A DNA stretch of 64,000 nt from an uncultured Desulfovibrio sp. (GCA_934546745.1 CAKTDV010000009.1:16070-80069), one strand, 5' to 3'. Shown: positions 38,076-48,405, counted from the stretch's first letter. The notes: generated by a model from the sequence alone, not told the origin. Program-made: numbers and translations.

Positions 38076-39131
38076 TTATTGTTTGGAGGCGGCTTTGAGG
38101 AAAGCGGCGGCTATGCTGTCCGCGTAAGGTTGTCGTAAGACGCCTTGCTCTGTGATGATGCCGGTGATGAGGTGTGCCGGAGTTACGTCAAAAGCAAAGT
38201 TGTAGGCGGGGACATCCTCTGGACAGAGGCGAAGACCGTTGAGTGTGGCGACTTCGTCATAGGGGCGTTCCTCAATGGGGATCTCGGCGCCTGATGGTGT
38301 GGCCGTGTCAATGGTGGATAGAGGGGCGGCAATATAAAAGGGGATGCCGAAATACTGTGCCAGAACAGCAACGCCAAACGTGCCGATTTTGTTGGCGCTG
38401 TCGCCGTTGGCCGCAATGCGGTCCGCGCCTGTGACCACACAGTCCACCATCCCCTTTCGCATGAGAAGCGCGCAGGCGTTGTCGCAGGCGACGGTAACGT
38501 CAATGCCGTCCCGCTTCAATTCCCAGGCTGTCAGGCGCGCCCCCTGAAGAAAGGGGCGCGTTTCATCGGCAATGACGCGGACATGTTTGCCCTGTTCCCG
38601 TGCCGCGCGGATAACGCCCAACGCCGTTCCGTATCCCGCCGTTGCCAGTGCGCCCGCATTGCAGTGCGTCAGAACTGTGCTGTTGTCGGGGATACAGTCC
38701 GCCCCCGCCCGGCCAAGAGCCTTGCAGATGGCGATGTCCTGTTGCTGGATGGCGCGCGCTTCCCGTTCGAGGCGGAGCGGAAGTTCTTCCGCGCTTTCCT
38801 GAAAGCCCGCCCGCACAGCCCGCATCCGTTCCACGGCCCAGCGCAGGTTGACTGCCGTCGGGCGCGCCTGGGCCAGGCGATCCAGCGCCGTGTTGAAAGC
38901 CGTTGTCCAGGATTTCCCCCCTTCCGCCAGCGCTTCCCGGAGTGCCAGAACGCACCCCCAGGCGGCCGTGACGCCGATGGCGGGCGCGCCGCGCACGACC
39001 ATGCTTTGCAGCGCCTTGATGACGTCGTCCACGGTACGGCAGGCGACATGCGCTTCCCTGTTGGGCAGGAGGCGTTGATCCAAAAGAAAGAGGGTATGTC
39101 CGGCGGTGTCGAAACGAATGTGATCTTCCAT
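38076..39131 (-). CDS. mtnA: S-methyl-5-thioribose-1-phosphate isomerase (eIF-2B alpha/beta/delta family)
   Basis: ...LLDQRLLP...[10 protein letters not shown]...CNAGALAT...[10 protein letters not shown]... Confidence 0.85.
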   Translation of the reverse strand: MEDHIRFDTAGHTLFLLDQRLLPNREAHVACRTVDDVIKALQSMVVRGAPAIGVTAAWGCVLALREALAEGGKSWTTAFNTALDRLAQARPTAVNLRWAVERMRAVRAGFQESAEELPLRLEREARAIQQQDIAICKALGRAGADCIPDNSTVLTHCNAGALATAGYGTALGVIRAAREQGKHVRVIADETRPFLQGARLTAWELKRDGIDVTVACDNACALLMRKGMVDCVVTGADRIAANGDSANKIGTFGVAVLAQYFGIPFYIAAPLSTIDTATPSGAEIPIEERPYDEVATLNGLRLCPEDVPAYNFAFDVTPAHLITGIITEQGVLRQPYADSIAAAFLKAASKQ

Positions 39132-39316
39132 AGTGTTTGCGCAAGGGGTTGAGGTGTTTGAGCGGATGTGCGCGCTCTTTGTCCGTGGAAAAAGGATCTC
39201 CGTGGCGGAAGCTTACGGGCAAGGCTGGATGTTTGCAAAGATTTCTTTACAAGGCGGCGCGCGACTGGCACTCTGGAAATCTCCCTTCCTTGTATTTTTT
39301 TTCAGGAGATGTCGCT

Positions 39317-40525
39317 ATGGAAGAGTTTTCCCGCATTCAACGCCTTCCCCCCTATGTCTTTGCCGTCGTCGGCGAACTGAAAATGCGTCTGCGCCGCCAG
39401 AACATCGATGTCGTCGATTTCAGCATGGGTAACCCCGATATACCTACGCCGCCACAGATTGTGGACAAGCTCGTTGAGGCCGCCCAGAAGCCCGTCAACC
39501 ACCGCTATTCCCTCTCTCGCGGCATTCCCCATTTGCGCGAGGCCGTATGCCGGCGGTATGAACGCCTTTACGGCGTATCGCTGGATCCCGAAAGCGAGGC
39601 CATCGTGACGATGGGCTCCAAAGAGGGTCTGGCACATCTTTCCCTGGCCATGCTTTCCCCAGGCGACGTGGTGCTGGCTCCCGATCCTACCTATCCCATC
39701 CATAAATATGCCCCCATCATTGCCGGGGCGGATGTTCGCAGCGTCCCCATCGGGCCGGGGAGGGATTTTTTTGAGGATCTGACGGCCGCCACGCGCGAGG
39801 CTTGGCCCAGGCCGAAAGTGCTGTTCCTCTGTTATCCCCATAACCCCACAACCGAAGTCACCAGCCTTGAGTTTTTTGAAAAGGTGGTTGATTTCGCCAA
39901 GGACAACAAACTGTGGGTCATCCATGATCTGGCCTATGCCGATCTTGTCTTTGACGGCTATAAAGCCCCCAGCTTCCTGCAGGCCAAGGGCGCCAAGGAT
40001 GTTGGCGTGGAATTCTACACCCTTTCCAAGAGCTATTCCATGCCCGGCTGGCGCGTGGGCTTCTGCCTTGGCAACAAGCAGTTGGTGCACTCCCTGGCGC
40101 GCATCAAGAGCTATCTGGATTACGGCATTTTCCAACCTATCCAGATTGCGGCAACGGTGGCGCTCAAGGGCCCGGACGACGATGTGCAGCGTATCTGCGA
40201 TATGTACAGGCAGCGCCGCGACTGGCTGATCGAGGGTCTTGGCCGCATTGGCTGGAATGTCCCCAGCCCCAGGGCGACCATGTTCGTCTGGGCGCAGATT
40301 CCCGAGGAATTCCGCAAGATGGGTTCCGTGGAGTTCTCCAAGTGGCTTCTGCGGGAAGCCCATGTCGCCGTGTCGCCGGGGCTCGGCTTTGGCGCCTACG
40401 GAGACGATCACGTCCGTTTTGCTCTCATTGAAAACGACCATCGCACACGGCAGGCCATCCGCAGTATGCGCCGCCTGTTTACCGGAAACAACGACCCCCA
40501 TGATGATGACGACGAAAACGAATAA
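39317..40525 (+). CDS. Class I/II PLP aminotransferase (AlaC/aspartate aminotransferase-like)
   Basis: RLPPYVFA...FSMGNPD...YPHNPT...[12 protein letters not shown] (PLP Lys). ATG 39317 follows CAGGAGA. Confidence 0.85.
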   Translation: MEEFSRIQRLPPYVFAVVGELKMRLRRQNIDVVDFSMGNPDIPTPPQIVDKLVEAAQKPVNHRYSLSRGIPHLREAVCRRYERLYGVSLDPESEAIVTMGSKEGLAHLSLAMLSPGDVVLAPDPTYPIHKYAPIIAGADVRSVPIGPGRDFFEDLTAATREAWPRPKVLFLCYPHNPTTEVTSLEFFEKVVDFAKDNKLWVIHDLAYADLVFDGYKAPSFLQAKGAKDVGVEFYTLSKSYSMPGWRVGFCLGNKQLVHSLARIKSYLDYGIFQPIQIAATVALKGPDDDVQRICDMYRQRRDWLIEGLGRIGWNVPSPRATMFVWAQIPEEFRKMGSVEFSKWLLREAHVAVSPGLGFGAYGDDHVRFALIENDHRTRQAIRSMRRLFTGNNDPHDDDDENE

Positions 40526-41825
40526 ACCTCTGTATATTGGCCTGGCCGGATTCGGCACTGTGGGCGGCGGCCTTGCCCGCCTTCTTGTGGAAAACGCGGA
40601 TCTTGTCCGGCGTCGTGCCGGGCGGGATATTGTCATAAAAAAGGTGCTGGTGCGCAATTTGAGCAAGGGCCGTGCCGTGCCGCTGCCTGAGACGGCCGAA
40701 CTGACGGACAAGCCTGATGCCCTGCTGAACGACCCTGACATCGAGGTGCTGGTGGAGCTGATGGGCGGTATCGATGCCCCGCGCGCGCTTATTGACGCCG
40801 CCCTGGACAGGGGGATGCATATTGTCACCGCCAACAAGGCGCTGCTGGCCGAGGAGGGCGGCGAACTCTTCCGCAAGGCGGCGCGGGAAGGCCGCATTCT
40901 GCGCTATGAGGCCAGTGTTGCCGGGGCCATTCCCATTGTGGAAAGTCTGAAGGAAAGCTTTGCGGGCAACCGCATCTCCTCGCTGGTGGGTATCCTCAAC
41001 GGCACAAGCAACTATATCTTGTCGGAAATGACGACCAACGGTCTCGATTTTGACATCGCGTTGCGTCAGGCCCAGGAGCTGGGCTATGCCGAAGCCGATC
41101 CTACGCTGGATATCGACGGCCATGACGCCGCGCACAAACTGACCCTTCTCATCCGTCTGGCCTATGGCGTACAGTATCCGTATACCGCCATGCCCGTGCG
41201 CGGCATTCGCGGCCTTTCCGCCATGGACATATGCTTTGCGCGGGAATTCGGGTATCGTGTCAAGCTCATTGCCCAGGTGCGTGAACGGGGCGAGGGCGGC
41301 GGCGCCCGGCTGGAAGCGGGCGTGTTCCCCGCGTTGGTGCATCATACGCTGCTGCTGGCGCGTGTGGGTGGCGTGTACAATGCCGTGCGTGTGGATGGCA
41401 ATGCGTCCGGTTCGCTCTTTTTCCACGGACGCGGCGCGGGAGATTTGCCCACAGCCGGGGCTGTGCTGGCCGATCTGGTTGCCGTGGCCAGGGAATCCTC
41501 GCCCAACAATACCGGCTTCGCGGCGGCGGAACTGCCGCGCGCGTCCCTTATGCCGCCTGAGGAGTGGCGTTCCCGTTACTATGTGCGCCTGATGGTGCGC
41601 GATGCGCCGGGCGTTTTGCGCGATGTGGCTGGCTGCATGGCGGATGAGGGCGTCAGTCTGGCGCAGGTGATGCAGAAAAGCGATGAGGAAGGCAAAGGAG
41701 TGCCCTTTGTTTTCATGACCCATGAAACGACCGAACAGGCTATGCGCGCGGCCCTGCAACACACCGTCGATGCGGGTATGCTGCTGGAACCGGCTGTCTA
41801 TTTCCGCGTCCTTGGCGGGGAATAG
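40500..41825 (+). CDS. hom: Homoserine dehydrogenase (with C-terminal ACT domain)
   Basis: [12 protein letters not shown] Rossmann motif, TANKALLA and [11 protein letters not shown]. It overlaps the aminotransferase by 26 nt. Confidence 0.9.
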   Translation: MMMTTKTNKPLYIGLAGFGTVGGGLARLLVENADLVRRRAGRDIVIKKVLVRNLSKGRAVPLPETAELTDKPDALLNDPDIEVLVELMGGIDAPRALIDAALDRGMHIVTANKALLAEEGGELFRKAAREGRILRYEASVAGAIPIVESLKESFAGNRISSLVGILNGTSNYILSEMTTNGLDFDIALRQAQELGYAEADPTLDIDGHDAAHKLTLLIRLAYGVQYPYTAMPVRGIRGLSAMDICFAREFGYRVKLIAQVRERGEGGGARLEAGVFPALVHHTLLLARVGGVYNAVRVDGNASGSLFFHGRGAGDLPTAGAVLADLVAVARESSPNNTGFAAAELPRASLMPPEEWRSRYYVRLMVRDAPGVLRDVAGCMADEGVSLAQVMQKSDEEGKGVPFVFMTHETTEQAMRAALQHTVDAGMLLEPAVYFRVLGGE

Positions 41826-42003
41826 GGCGCGAGGCACACGGATCGGGAACGGATCTGTGAACGTGCGGCGGGGCGGGGGCTGGGGCCTGTGCGCTTTTCT
41901 TCCCCCGGCCCCTGACGTTTCCTGTAACATGCATGCCGGAGGCCGTGACGGCGGGATCGAGACACGGCCTTGACCGTACTTCTCCGGCGCAAAGGGGGGA
42001 GCT

Positions 42004-42444
42004 GTGCTTGCGCTTTCCTTTTCCACGCGGGCGCGTTGTGAATTCCGTGATATTACGCCGGAAGTGCGTTCCCTTGTGGCGCGCTGGGCGGAGGAGCAAC
42101 AGCGTCGTGACGGTGCGTTGCTGCTGTTCAGTCCGCACACGACCTGCGGTCTGACCGTCAATGAGGGGGCGGATCCCGATGTCCGGCGTGATATGCTGGC
42201 TTTCTTTGAGCGTCTTGTTCCCCAGTTTCCCGAACGATCCGGCGCGCCCGCCTTTGCCCATGCGGAAGGGAACAGCGATGCCCACATGAGGACATCCCTT
42301 TTCGGGCCGCACCTGCTGTTGCCGGTGAGCGGCGGGCGGCTCTGTCTCGGGCGCTGGCAGGCGGTGTATCTCTGTGAGGCCGACGGGCCCCGATGCCGTT
42401 CGCTCTGGGCGCAATGGCTGCAAGGCGGCGTTGACGGCGCCTAG
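42004..42444 (+). CDS. yjbQ: YjbQ/UPF0047-family protein (secondary thiamine-phosphate synthase-like)
   Basis: ...LLLFSPHTTCGLTVNEGADPDV...GNSDAHMRTSLFG...LGRWQAVYLCE. GTG start after an AAAGGGGGGAG RBS. Confidence 0.8.
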   Translation: MLALSFSTRARCEFRDITPEVRSLVARWAEEQQRRDGALLLFSPHTTCGLTVNEGADPDVRRDMLAFFERLVPQFPERSGAPAFAHAEGNSDAHMRTSLFGPHLLLPVSGGRLCLGRWQAVYLCEADGPRCRSLWAQWLQGGVDGA

Positions 42445-42483
42445 CCCCAGTGCCGCTTCCCTGCCGTGTATGATGCCGTGCCC

Positions 42484-43713
42484 ATGATTTTGCACCTGGA
42501 CATGGACGCCTTCTTTGCGTCGGTGGAACAGATGGATACTCCGTCGTTGCGGGGCAGGCCCGTCATTGTCGGCGGCTGTGGCAATCGCGGCGTGGTCTCC
42601 ACGGCGTCCTACGAAGCGCGGCGTTTTGGCATCCATTCGGCCATGCCCATAGTTGTGGCGCGCAGGCTCTGTCCGCACGGTATCTTTCTGCCGGGACGCC
42701 GGGCACGGTATGCGGAACTTTCCCGCCGGGTCATGGGGGCGCTGGGGGACTTCTCTCCTCTGGTGGAGCAGGCGAGCATTGACGAGGCCTATCTTGACGT
42801 AACGGGGACGGAACGCCTCTTTGGCGATGTGGACAGTCTGGTGGCGCGGATCAAGGCGGACGTCCGCAGGGTGACCGGGGGCCTGACCTGCTCGGTAGGC
42901 GTTGCCCCTGTCAAATTCCTTGCCAAGATATGTTCCGACATCAACAAACCGGACGGCGTGTACATTCTGCGGCCGGAGGCGGTGGACGCTTTTCTCCGCG
43001 CCCTGCCTGTACGCCGGTTGCCGGGCGTCGGTAACCGCATGGCCGCCCGCCTTGGCGCCTTGGGCATTGTCCGTGTGGAGCAGGTGCGCCGCATGAGCGC
43101 TGAGAGCCTGTATGCCCATTTTGGCAAGTGGGGCGTGGTGCTGCATGAGCGGGCCTTTGGACGCGATGCCCGGCCTGTGACGCCGGATCGGGATCCACAG
43201 AGCGAAAGCGCCGAAACGACCTTTGAGCACGATACCCGCGACAGGCGTTTTCTGGAGCGGGCGCTTATGGCCCATGCCGAGCGTGTGGGGGCCTCGCTGC
43301 GGGCGCGGGGTATCCGCGGGCGGACAGTGACGCTCAAGATGAAGTTTGCCGATTTCCGGCTGATTACCCGTTCGCGGACGCTCCCCGTGCCCGTTGCCTC
43401 CACGCAGACTCTGTTTGATACCGCTTGCCGCCTGCTGTGGGCGGAAGCGTTGCCACTGGCCGTGCGCCTGATTGGCCTTGGTGTTTCCGGCTTTGACGGC
43501 GCGCCCGCGCAACTGGTTCTGCCAGGCGTTTTTTGTGGTGGCGGCGATCAGGATCCGGTGGAGGAGAGTCGGCGACGGCGGCTGGACGCCGCGCTGGATG
43601 CCGTGCGGGCGCGTTTTGGCAAAGCCGCCGTGCAGCGGGGGCGCTTGTTTGCCGTGAAAAAGAACGACGCGCCGGACAGCGCGTGGAACGGCGATCCTGA
43701 AAAAGACTTCTGA
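42484..43713 (+). CDS. dinB: DNA polymerase IV (Y-family)
   Basis: MILHLDMDAFFASVE...SIDEAYLDVT... An alternative GTG start lies 18 nt upstream. Confidence 0.9.
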   Translation: MILHLDMDAFFASVEQMDTPSLRGRPVIVGGCGNRGVVSTASYEARRFGIHSAMPIVVARRLCPHGIFLPGRRARYAELSRRVMGALGDFSPLVEQASIDEAYLDVTGTERLFGDVDSLVARIKADVRRVTGGLTCSVGVAPVKFLAKICSDINKPDGVYILRPEAVDAFLRALPVRRLPGVGNRMAARLGALGIVRVEQVRRMSAESLYAHFGKWGVVLHERAFGRDARPVTPDRDPQSESAETTFEHDTRDRRFLERALMAHAERVGASLRARGIRGRTVTLKMKFADFRLITRSRTLPVPVASTQTLFDTACRLLWAEALPLAVRLIGLGVSGFDGAPAQLVLPGVFCGGGDQDPVEESRRRRLDAALDAVRARFGKAAVQRGRLFAVKKNDAPDSAWNGDPEKDF

Positions 43714-43735
43714 TATGATGCCGACCAGAGCAGAG

Positions 43736-44041
43736 TTATTTCCTGAAGATTTCAGCGTGTGAACCAAGGCGGGCGATTCTCAAAAGGGCCGCCATCATTT
43801 CAGCTACCGAGTCAAACTTTTCCCCCTTCCCGGCTTCGAGCTCCTCAATGGCCCGGCGCGTCGCCGCATTGGGCGCTTTTATCTCAAAAGGCAAGCGGCG
43901 TTCATGAGCCACTCTTACCAGGAGCAGGCGGATAGCGTCCGAGATGGACAGGCCCATGCCGGCCAGCGCAGCGCTGGCCCGTTCTTTTATGGCTGTTTCA
44001 ATCCGCGCCCGAACGACGGAATCGTGTGTTTGAACCTGCAT
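43736..44041 (-). CDS. RelB/DinJ-family type II antitoxin (no partner toxin ORF present)
   Basis: ARIETAIKERASAALAGMGLSISDAIRLLLVRVAHERRLPFE is the RHH antitoxin pattern. Only 22 nt separate its stop from the convergent dinB stop. Local GC is lower than the surroundings. Confidence 0.7.
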   Translation of the reverse strand: MQVQTHDSVVRARIETAIKERASAALAGMGLSISDAIRLLLVRVAHERRLPFEIKAPNAATRRAIEELEAGKGEKFDSVAEMMAALLRIARLGSHAEIFRK

Positions 44042-44063
44042 ATAGGTCACCTCTTGGGAAATT

Positions 44064-44082
44064 GTAGCTACAAAGTAGCTAC
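44064..44082. promoter_or_regulatory. Two copies of the palindrome GTAGCTAC spaced 11 bp (putative antitoxin operator)
   Basis: ttGTAGCTACaaaGTAGCTACaag, 23-41 nt upstream of the antitoxin ATG. Confidence 0.45.
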
Positions 44083-44191
44083 AAGACAAGCGTGAAACCA
44101 AGTAGGCTAGGCCAGGAGCAAGGAAAAACAGGATGTAGACAGCGCCGTTTGACATTGGCAAATTTCAAACGACGCAGCTCTGGAAAAAAGG

Positions 44192-44241
44192 TTGAGGGCT
44201 TCCCTCCTCTCTGAACAGACAGAGCGGAGGGAAGCCCTCAA
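44192..44241 (-). terminator. Rho-independent terminator of the SprA-related gene
   Basis: 16-bp stem TTGAGGGCTTCCCTCC / GGAGGGAAGCCCTCAA, followed on the minus strand by CCTTTTTTCC. Confidence 0.6.
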
Positions 44242-44259
44242 AAAACAAGTATCCCGGCG

Positions 44260-45051
44260 CTACACCTGGAGAGAGAGTCCGATACCAAAGGGGGCAAGCT
44301 GTGTGGGCATGATGCCCTGCATGGCTGAAACGGCGTAGGCACGCAGCGCGCGTCCTATGCCGGAGAGGGGATTGCCGCCGGAGGCGGCGGTGTCATTGGC
44401 GGTGTTGACAGAGCCGTAGGTACTGCCTACGGGACCCACCCCGTTGGCATCGGCAAAGAAACTGCCCACGCTGGCATAGCTGCTGGCGGCCCGCTGGGAT
44501 GTCGCGGCGGAAACGCCCTGTCCGTCTTCTTCCGGATCGGCGCGTTGTTCCGTGCGGGCCTCGGCGGACATGCGCGCCGCCTGTGCGGCTATCTGCGTGT
44601 CCTGTGCGGAGGGTTCCGCCGGGGCGAGCGCCGCGCGGCGAATCTGTTCTGCCTTGCGTTCCGTTTCCTCGGGATCGCCGGGAACAGCGGATACGTCAAT
44701 GGAGACATGACCGCCGATGGCGTAGAGCTGTCCGTCAGGACCCTTCTGGTGCTGGTAGTGCGCGCCGCCCGCGGCATGCTGTCCAGCGGTGGCCAAATGG
44801 GCCGATTCGTGGGAGCGGACTTCCTGATCGCGCTGTTGCAGCTTGCGCAGTTGCGCCTGTGCCTCAGGACTGAGCCGCAATTCGTCGGTGCGGTTTTCCA
44901 GCTCGCGGGAGAAGGCGGAGGCGGGTTGCCGCTGTTGTTGCGGCGTGACGGCGCTTTGCTGGCCGATATTTTGTACGCGCTGGATCAGCGCGTCATAGGC
45001 GGCGGATTCTTCCGCGCCATAGGTGGGGACTCGTTCGATGGATTGGGACAT
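44260..45051 (-). CDS. SprA-related family protein (putative metalloprotease)
   Basis: ...LQQRDQEVRSHESAHLATAGQHAAGGAHYQHQKGPDGQLYAIGGHVSIDVS..., matching my recollection of the SprA-related signature. Confidence 0.6.
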   Translation of the reverse strand: MSQSIERVPTYGAEESAAYDALIQRVQNIGQQSAVTPQQQRQPASAFSRELENRTDELRLSPEAQAQLRKLQQRDQEVRSHESAHLATAGQHAAGGAHYQHQKGPDGQLYAIGGHVSIDVSAVPGDPEETERKAEQIRRAALAPAEPSAQDTQIAAQAARMSAEARTEQRADPEEDGQGVSAATSQRAASSYASVGSFFADANGVGPVGSTYGSVNTANDTAASGGNPLSGIGRALRAYAVSAMQGIMPTQLAPFGIGLSLQV

Positions 45052-45156
45052 GGTTGGCCTCGTTTTGGGGACTGGCGCTCCGTGCCTGCGCCGTTCGTCC
45101 TCTCCGATTCCCTATCGACCGAAACAGCCAAAGGTTAAGGGGAAAACGCAATTTTT

Positions 45157-45978
45157 TCAGTAGAGCGTGTTCAGAATATCCTCATCCATGCCGTATCCGT
45201 GTTCCGGGCCGGGGAAGGTTCCGGCGCGCACCTCGTTGGCATAGACCGCGAACGCCTCGCGCATGGCGTCGCCTACGGGGGCGAAGCGCTTGACAAATTT
45301 GGGGGAAAGCCGTTCGGTGATGCCCAGCATGTCCTGCCAGACGAGCACCTGCCCGTCGCACTCCGGCCCTGCGCCGATGCCGATGGTGGGGATGGCAACG
45401 GTCTCCGTGATGCGGGCGGCCAGAGGTGTGGGAACGCATTCCAGCACAAGGGCGAAGGCGCCGGCCTTCTCAAGGGCGCGCGCGTCGTCCAGCATTGTTT
45501 GCGCGGCTTCCGCGCTTTTGCCCTGAACCCGGTAGCCGCCGAGACTGTGCAGGGATTGCGGCGTCAGCCCGATATGTCCCATGACCGGAATGGACGCCTG
45601 GACAATGGCTTCCACATGCGGCGCGAAATGGGCGCCACCCTCCAGTTTGACGGCCTGCGCCAGGCCTTCCCGTACCAGACGCCCCGCGTTTTCACAGGCC
45701 TGCCGCGGTGAAACCTGATAGCTCATGAACGGCATGTCGCAGACCACCAGCGCCTTACTCGCCGCGCGGGACACGGCGGCGCAGTGGTGGATCATGTGCT
45801 CCATGCCGACGCCCAGCGTGTCCTCAAGGCCCATCATGACCATGCCGAGAGAATCCCCGACAAGGAGGGCATCCGCCGCATCGTCCATGAGGCGGGCGAC
45901 GCTGTAGTCATAGGCCGTGATCATGACCAGTTTGTGATCGCCTTTGGCGGCGCGAAAGGTGACGGCAGTCTGTTTCAT
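45157..45978 (-). CDS. panB: 3-methyl-2-oxobutanoate hydroxymethyltransferase
   Basis: MITAYDY...LLVGDSLGMV..., KLEGG. Start at MKQT (ATG 45978). Confidence 0.9.
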   Translation of the reverse strand: MKQTAVTFRAAKGDHKLVMITAYDYSVARLMDDAADALLVGDSLGMVMMGLEDTLGVGMEHMIHHCAAVSRAASKALVVCDMPFMSYQVSPRQACENAGRLVREGLAQAVKLEGGAHFAPHVEAIVQASIPVMGHIGLTPQSLHSLGGYRVQGKSAEAAQTMLDDARALEKAGAFALVLECVPTPLAARITETVAIPTIGIGAGPECDGQVLVWQDMLGITERLSPKFVKRFAPVGDAMREAFAVYANEVRAGTFPGPEHGYGMDEDILNTLY

Positions 45979-45988
45979 GGGGTGGCTC

Positions 45989-46870
45989 CTATATTGGGGC
46001 GGCGTTGGCGCGCTGGGCAAAGCCCATGAGGGCATGCGTCAGCTTTGCCGCTGTGAAGTCCGCGTGATGGAGGCCGGGCAGGGGAGCCAGTTCCACCACG
46101 TCCATGCCGACGACGCGGCGGCCCCGGCAACAGCGCTCGATGAGCCGCAAGGCATCGTACCAGAACAGACCGCCCGGAGAGGGCGTACCCGTAGCGGGCA
46201 TGAGCGAGGCGTCCAGTCCGTCCACATCAAAGGTAATGTAGATATGGGAAGGAAAGCCGGCGGGCAGGGGCTGTTCCGGGATGCCTCTGTCGTGGAGGGC
46301 GGCCGCGTCGATCGCCGTAATCTGAAAACGGCGCCGGATGGCGGCTTCCTCGCGGCAGTAGTCGCGTATGGCGAATTGCGCCAGCGGCAGCTCCAAATCC
46401 GCTACGGCGCGATACATGACGCTGGCATGGGAGAGCGGGTTGCCCTCATAGCTGGGGCGCAGATCCGCATGGGCGTCAATCTGGACGACGCCGAAGGGGG
46501 TCTCGTTGCGCCGCGCCTCCCGCGCCAGCGCCCGGAGGGCCCCCAGGGTGACGGTATGCTCGCCGCCCAGCAGCACGGGCAGGGCCTTGTGGGCCAGCGC
46601 TGTTGCGACGGCCTGTTCAATGCCTGTCAGCGCCTCCTCGCTGGTGGCGCAGGTGACGGCGGGAGCGGTGTAGACCCCCCCCTCGCAGGGGGCGCTGATG
46701 CCGTCCCAGGCCTCCAGCTGCTGGGAGGCCGCCAGAATGGCGGCCGGTCCCCGCGCCGTGCCGCCGCCGTAGGAGGTACTTTGTTCCAGCGGGGCCGGGA
46801 TAACGTGGAAGGCCGCCGCCTCGGGGGCGGCGGGGGCATATTCCGAGGCCAGAAAGTCGTGATGGCGCAT
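45989..46870 (-). CDS. speB: Agmatinase/arginase-family ureohydrolase
   Basis: GGEHTVT, QIDAHADLR and FDVDGLD are Mn-ligand motifs. Start at MRHHDF (ATG 46870). Confidence 0.8.
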   Translation of the reverse strand: MRHHDFLASEYAPAAPEAAAFHVIPAPLEQSTSYGGGTARGPAAILAASQQLEAWDGISAPCEGGVYTAPAVTCATSEEALTGIEQAVATALAHKALPVLLGGEHTVTLGALRALAREARRNETPFGVVQIDAHADLRPSYEGNPLSHASVMYRAVADLELPLAQFAIRDYCREEAAIRRRFQITAIDAAALHDRGIPEQPLPAGFPSHIYITFDVDGLDASLMPATGTPSPGGLFWYDALRLIERCCRGRRVVGMDVVELAPLPGLHHADFTAAKLTHALMGFAQRANAAPI

Positions 46871-46961
46871 GGCTCCCTCGTGGAGAAGAGGCGTGATACG
46901 GGAGGAAGTATGCCAGAGAAAAGCGGGATAATCCAGCCTCTGCGGAGGCGGCGGAAAACAA

Positions 46962-46988
46962 AAGGGCCCGCTGGGGAAGCGGGCCCTT
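46962..46988 (-). terminator. Hairpin plus T-run in the speB 5' leader (attenuator or sRNA terminator candidate)
   Basis: AAGGGCCCGC-7 nt-GCGGGCCCTT, followed on the minus strand by TTGTTTTCC, 92 nt upstream of the speB ATG. Confidence 0.4.
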
Positions 46989-47127
46989 GCTACTGAAAGC
47001 GTTGTCAGCAAAGAAAGGAGGATGCTCTGAACAAGCAATAACAATGCCAACATGATGAATCGCTAACATGGCGATATGACAGGGATATTGTGGTGCGCCC
47101 GTGCCCTGCCAGGGTGAAAAAATTGTA

Positions 47128-47146
47128 CTTCCTTGCGGAAAGGAAG
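47128..47146 (-). terminator. Second hairpin plus T6 downstream of tRNA-Ala
   Basis: CTTCCTT-5 nt-AAGGAAG, followed on the minus strand by TACAATTTTTTC. Confidence 0.4.
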
Positions 47147-47195
47147 GGAGGGCGGCGTTGTCGTGTAAAAATTTTTGTCTGGAAAAAAAGAAAAA

Positions 47196-47214
47196 GGGTT
47201 CGCCTTGCGAACCC
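47196..47214 (-). terminator. Rho-independent terminator of tRNA-Ala
   Basis: GGGTTCGC-CTT-GCGAACCC, followed on the minus strand by TTTTTCTTTTTTTCC. Confidence 0.6.
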
Positions 47215-47221
47215 TGAAATC

Positions 47222-47297
<76 letters not shown>

Positions 47298-47439
47298 ATA
47301 ACGGAGCTATATTTACCCGTCATCGTGAGAGGCGTCAAGATTTTTTTGCCGGAATTTTCCTCTCGACCTGCGGCCCTGACTTTGGCATGCTGGGCGCGTT
47401 GCTGTTTCAGGGGGAGCGCGGGCCCCAAGGATTGTCAGG

Positions 47440-48405
47440 ATGTTTACGCCGCTTCTGCTCATGCTTTCCGGGATTGTCTCCGGCTATCTGGGGCGTTGCG
47501 CCGCTCGCCGGTGGCGCTGGCCCGCGCTGTGTCTGCGTCTTTGCGCCCAGGCCATACCGCCCGCGGTGCTTTTTCTGCTGTTTCTGCTGGGGGCGGGCGT
47601 AGGCGGTGACGCCGCATTGCTGCGCATGTTGCCGCGACTGGGCGGCGTGGCCCTCTGGCTGACCCTGTGCGGTCTGGCAGGCAGCTTTGTCTGTGTGCGG
47701 TTGATACGGGCATACCTGCCCCCGGTTCCCGACGCGCCCGCCAGCGTACCCCCATCTCGCGGCGAGGCCGCGCGGGAACCGGGGGCGCGCCGCCTGATGG
47801 CTATGGCGACGGGCAGCGTAGGCATCATCACCTTTTTCTGTCTGGGGCTTGTGCTGGCCCGGGCCGCTGTGCTGCCGCCCGCGCTGACATCGCACATGCC
47901 GGCCCTGTACGCGCTCTATGCGCTGATGGCGCTGGTGGGCGTTTCTCTGGGCAGGGATGAGCGTCTGGGCGATATTCTGCGGACACTGCGCCCCCGGACG
48001 CTGCTGTTGCCGTTGGCGACGGGGTGCGGCACGCTGCTGGGATCCGCGCTGGCCAGCCTGGCCGTGAGCTACGGTCTGGCGGACTGTCTGGCTGTGGGAT
48101 CGGGCTTTGTCTATTACTCGCTCTCGTCCGTCATCATCAGCATGAGCAAGGGGCCCGAGCTGGGCGCCATCGCACTTATGGCCAATATCGCGCGGGAACT
48201 GCTGACCTTCGTGGCCGCGCCGCTGATTGTGCGCCTTCTGGGGCCGGAATGCCTTATTTCCTGCGGCGGCGCCTCCACCATGGACAGCACGCTGCCGACC
48301 GTGGCGCGCCATGCCGGGGTGCAGTGGACGTTTGTTTCCATCGTCCACGCCATGCCGCTGGATTTCAGCGTTCCTTTTCTGGTGCCGTTCTTCTGTTCGC
48401 TATAG
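47440..48405 (+). CDS. LysO/YbjE (DUF340) family membrane exporter
   Basis: 321-aa polytopic protein with an internally duplicated architecture (...GFVYYSLSSVIIS...GGASTMDSTLP...). Family recognised from memory only. Confidence 0.65.
   Translation: MFTPLLLMLSGIVSGYLGRCAARRWRWPALCLRLCAQAIPPAVLFLLFLLGAGVGGDAALLRMLPRLGGVALWLTLCGLAGSFVCVRLIRAYLPPVPDAPASVPPSRGEAAREPGARRLMAMATGSVGIITFFCLGLVLARAAVLPPALTSHMPALYALYALMALVGVSLGRDERLGDILRTLRPRTLLLPLATGCGTLLGSALASLAVSYGLADCLAVGSGFVYYSLSSVIISMSKGPELGAIALMANIARELLTFVAAPLIVRLLGPECLISCGGASTMDSTLPTVARHAGVQWTFVSIVHAMPLDFSVPFLVPFFCSL

Noticed and set aside
39266-39281. TGGCAC-TCTGG-AAATC upstream of the aminotransferase-hom operon, as a sigma-54 promoter.
   Set aside because: The -24 half is perfect, but the -12 TTGC element is missing (AAAT in its place). 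The evidence is insufficient.
40479-43767. ORFs at 40479-42287 (-) and 41740-43767 (-), 602 and 675 aa.
   Set aside because: They are antisense to hom, yjbQ and dinB. They are low complexity and Arg/His/Gly/Pro-rich.
46675-46682. C8/G8 homopolymer as a phase-variation tract.
   Set aside because: It lies in the housekeeping agmatinase gene and encodes Gly-Gly. It shows that such runs arise from composition alone, which tempers the G7 and G9 claims elsewhere.
47013-47030. AGGAGG immediately followed by ATG-CTC-TGA on the plus strand, as a mini-ORF.
   Set aside because: There is no spacer between the SD and the ATG, and the ORF is only two codons. It is more likely meaningful, if at all, as a CCUCCU motif on the minus-strand RNA.
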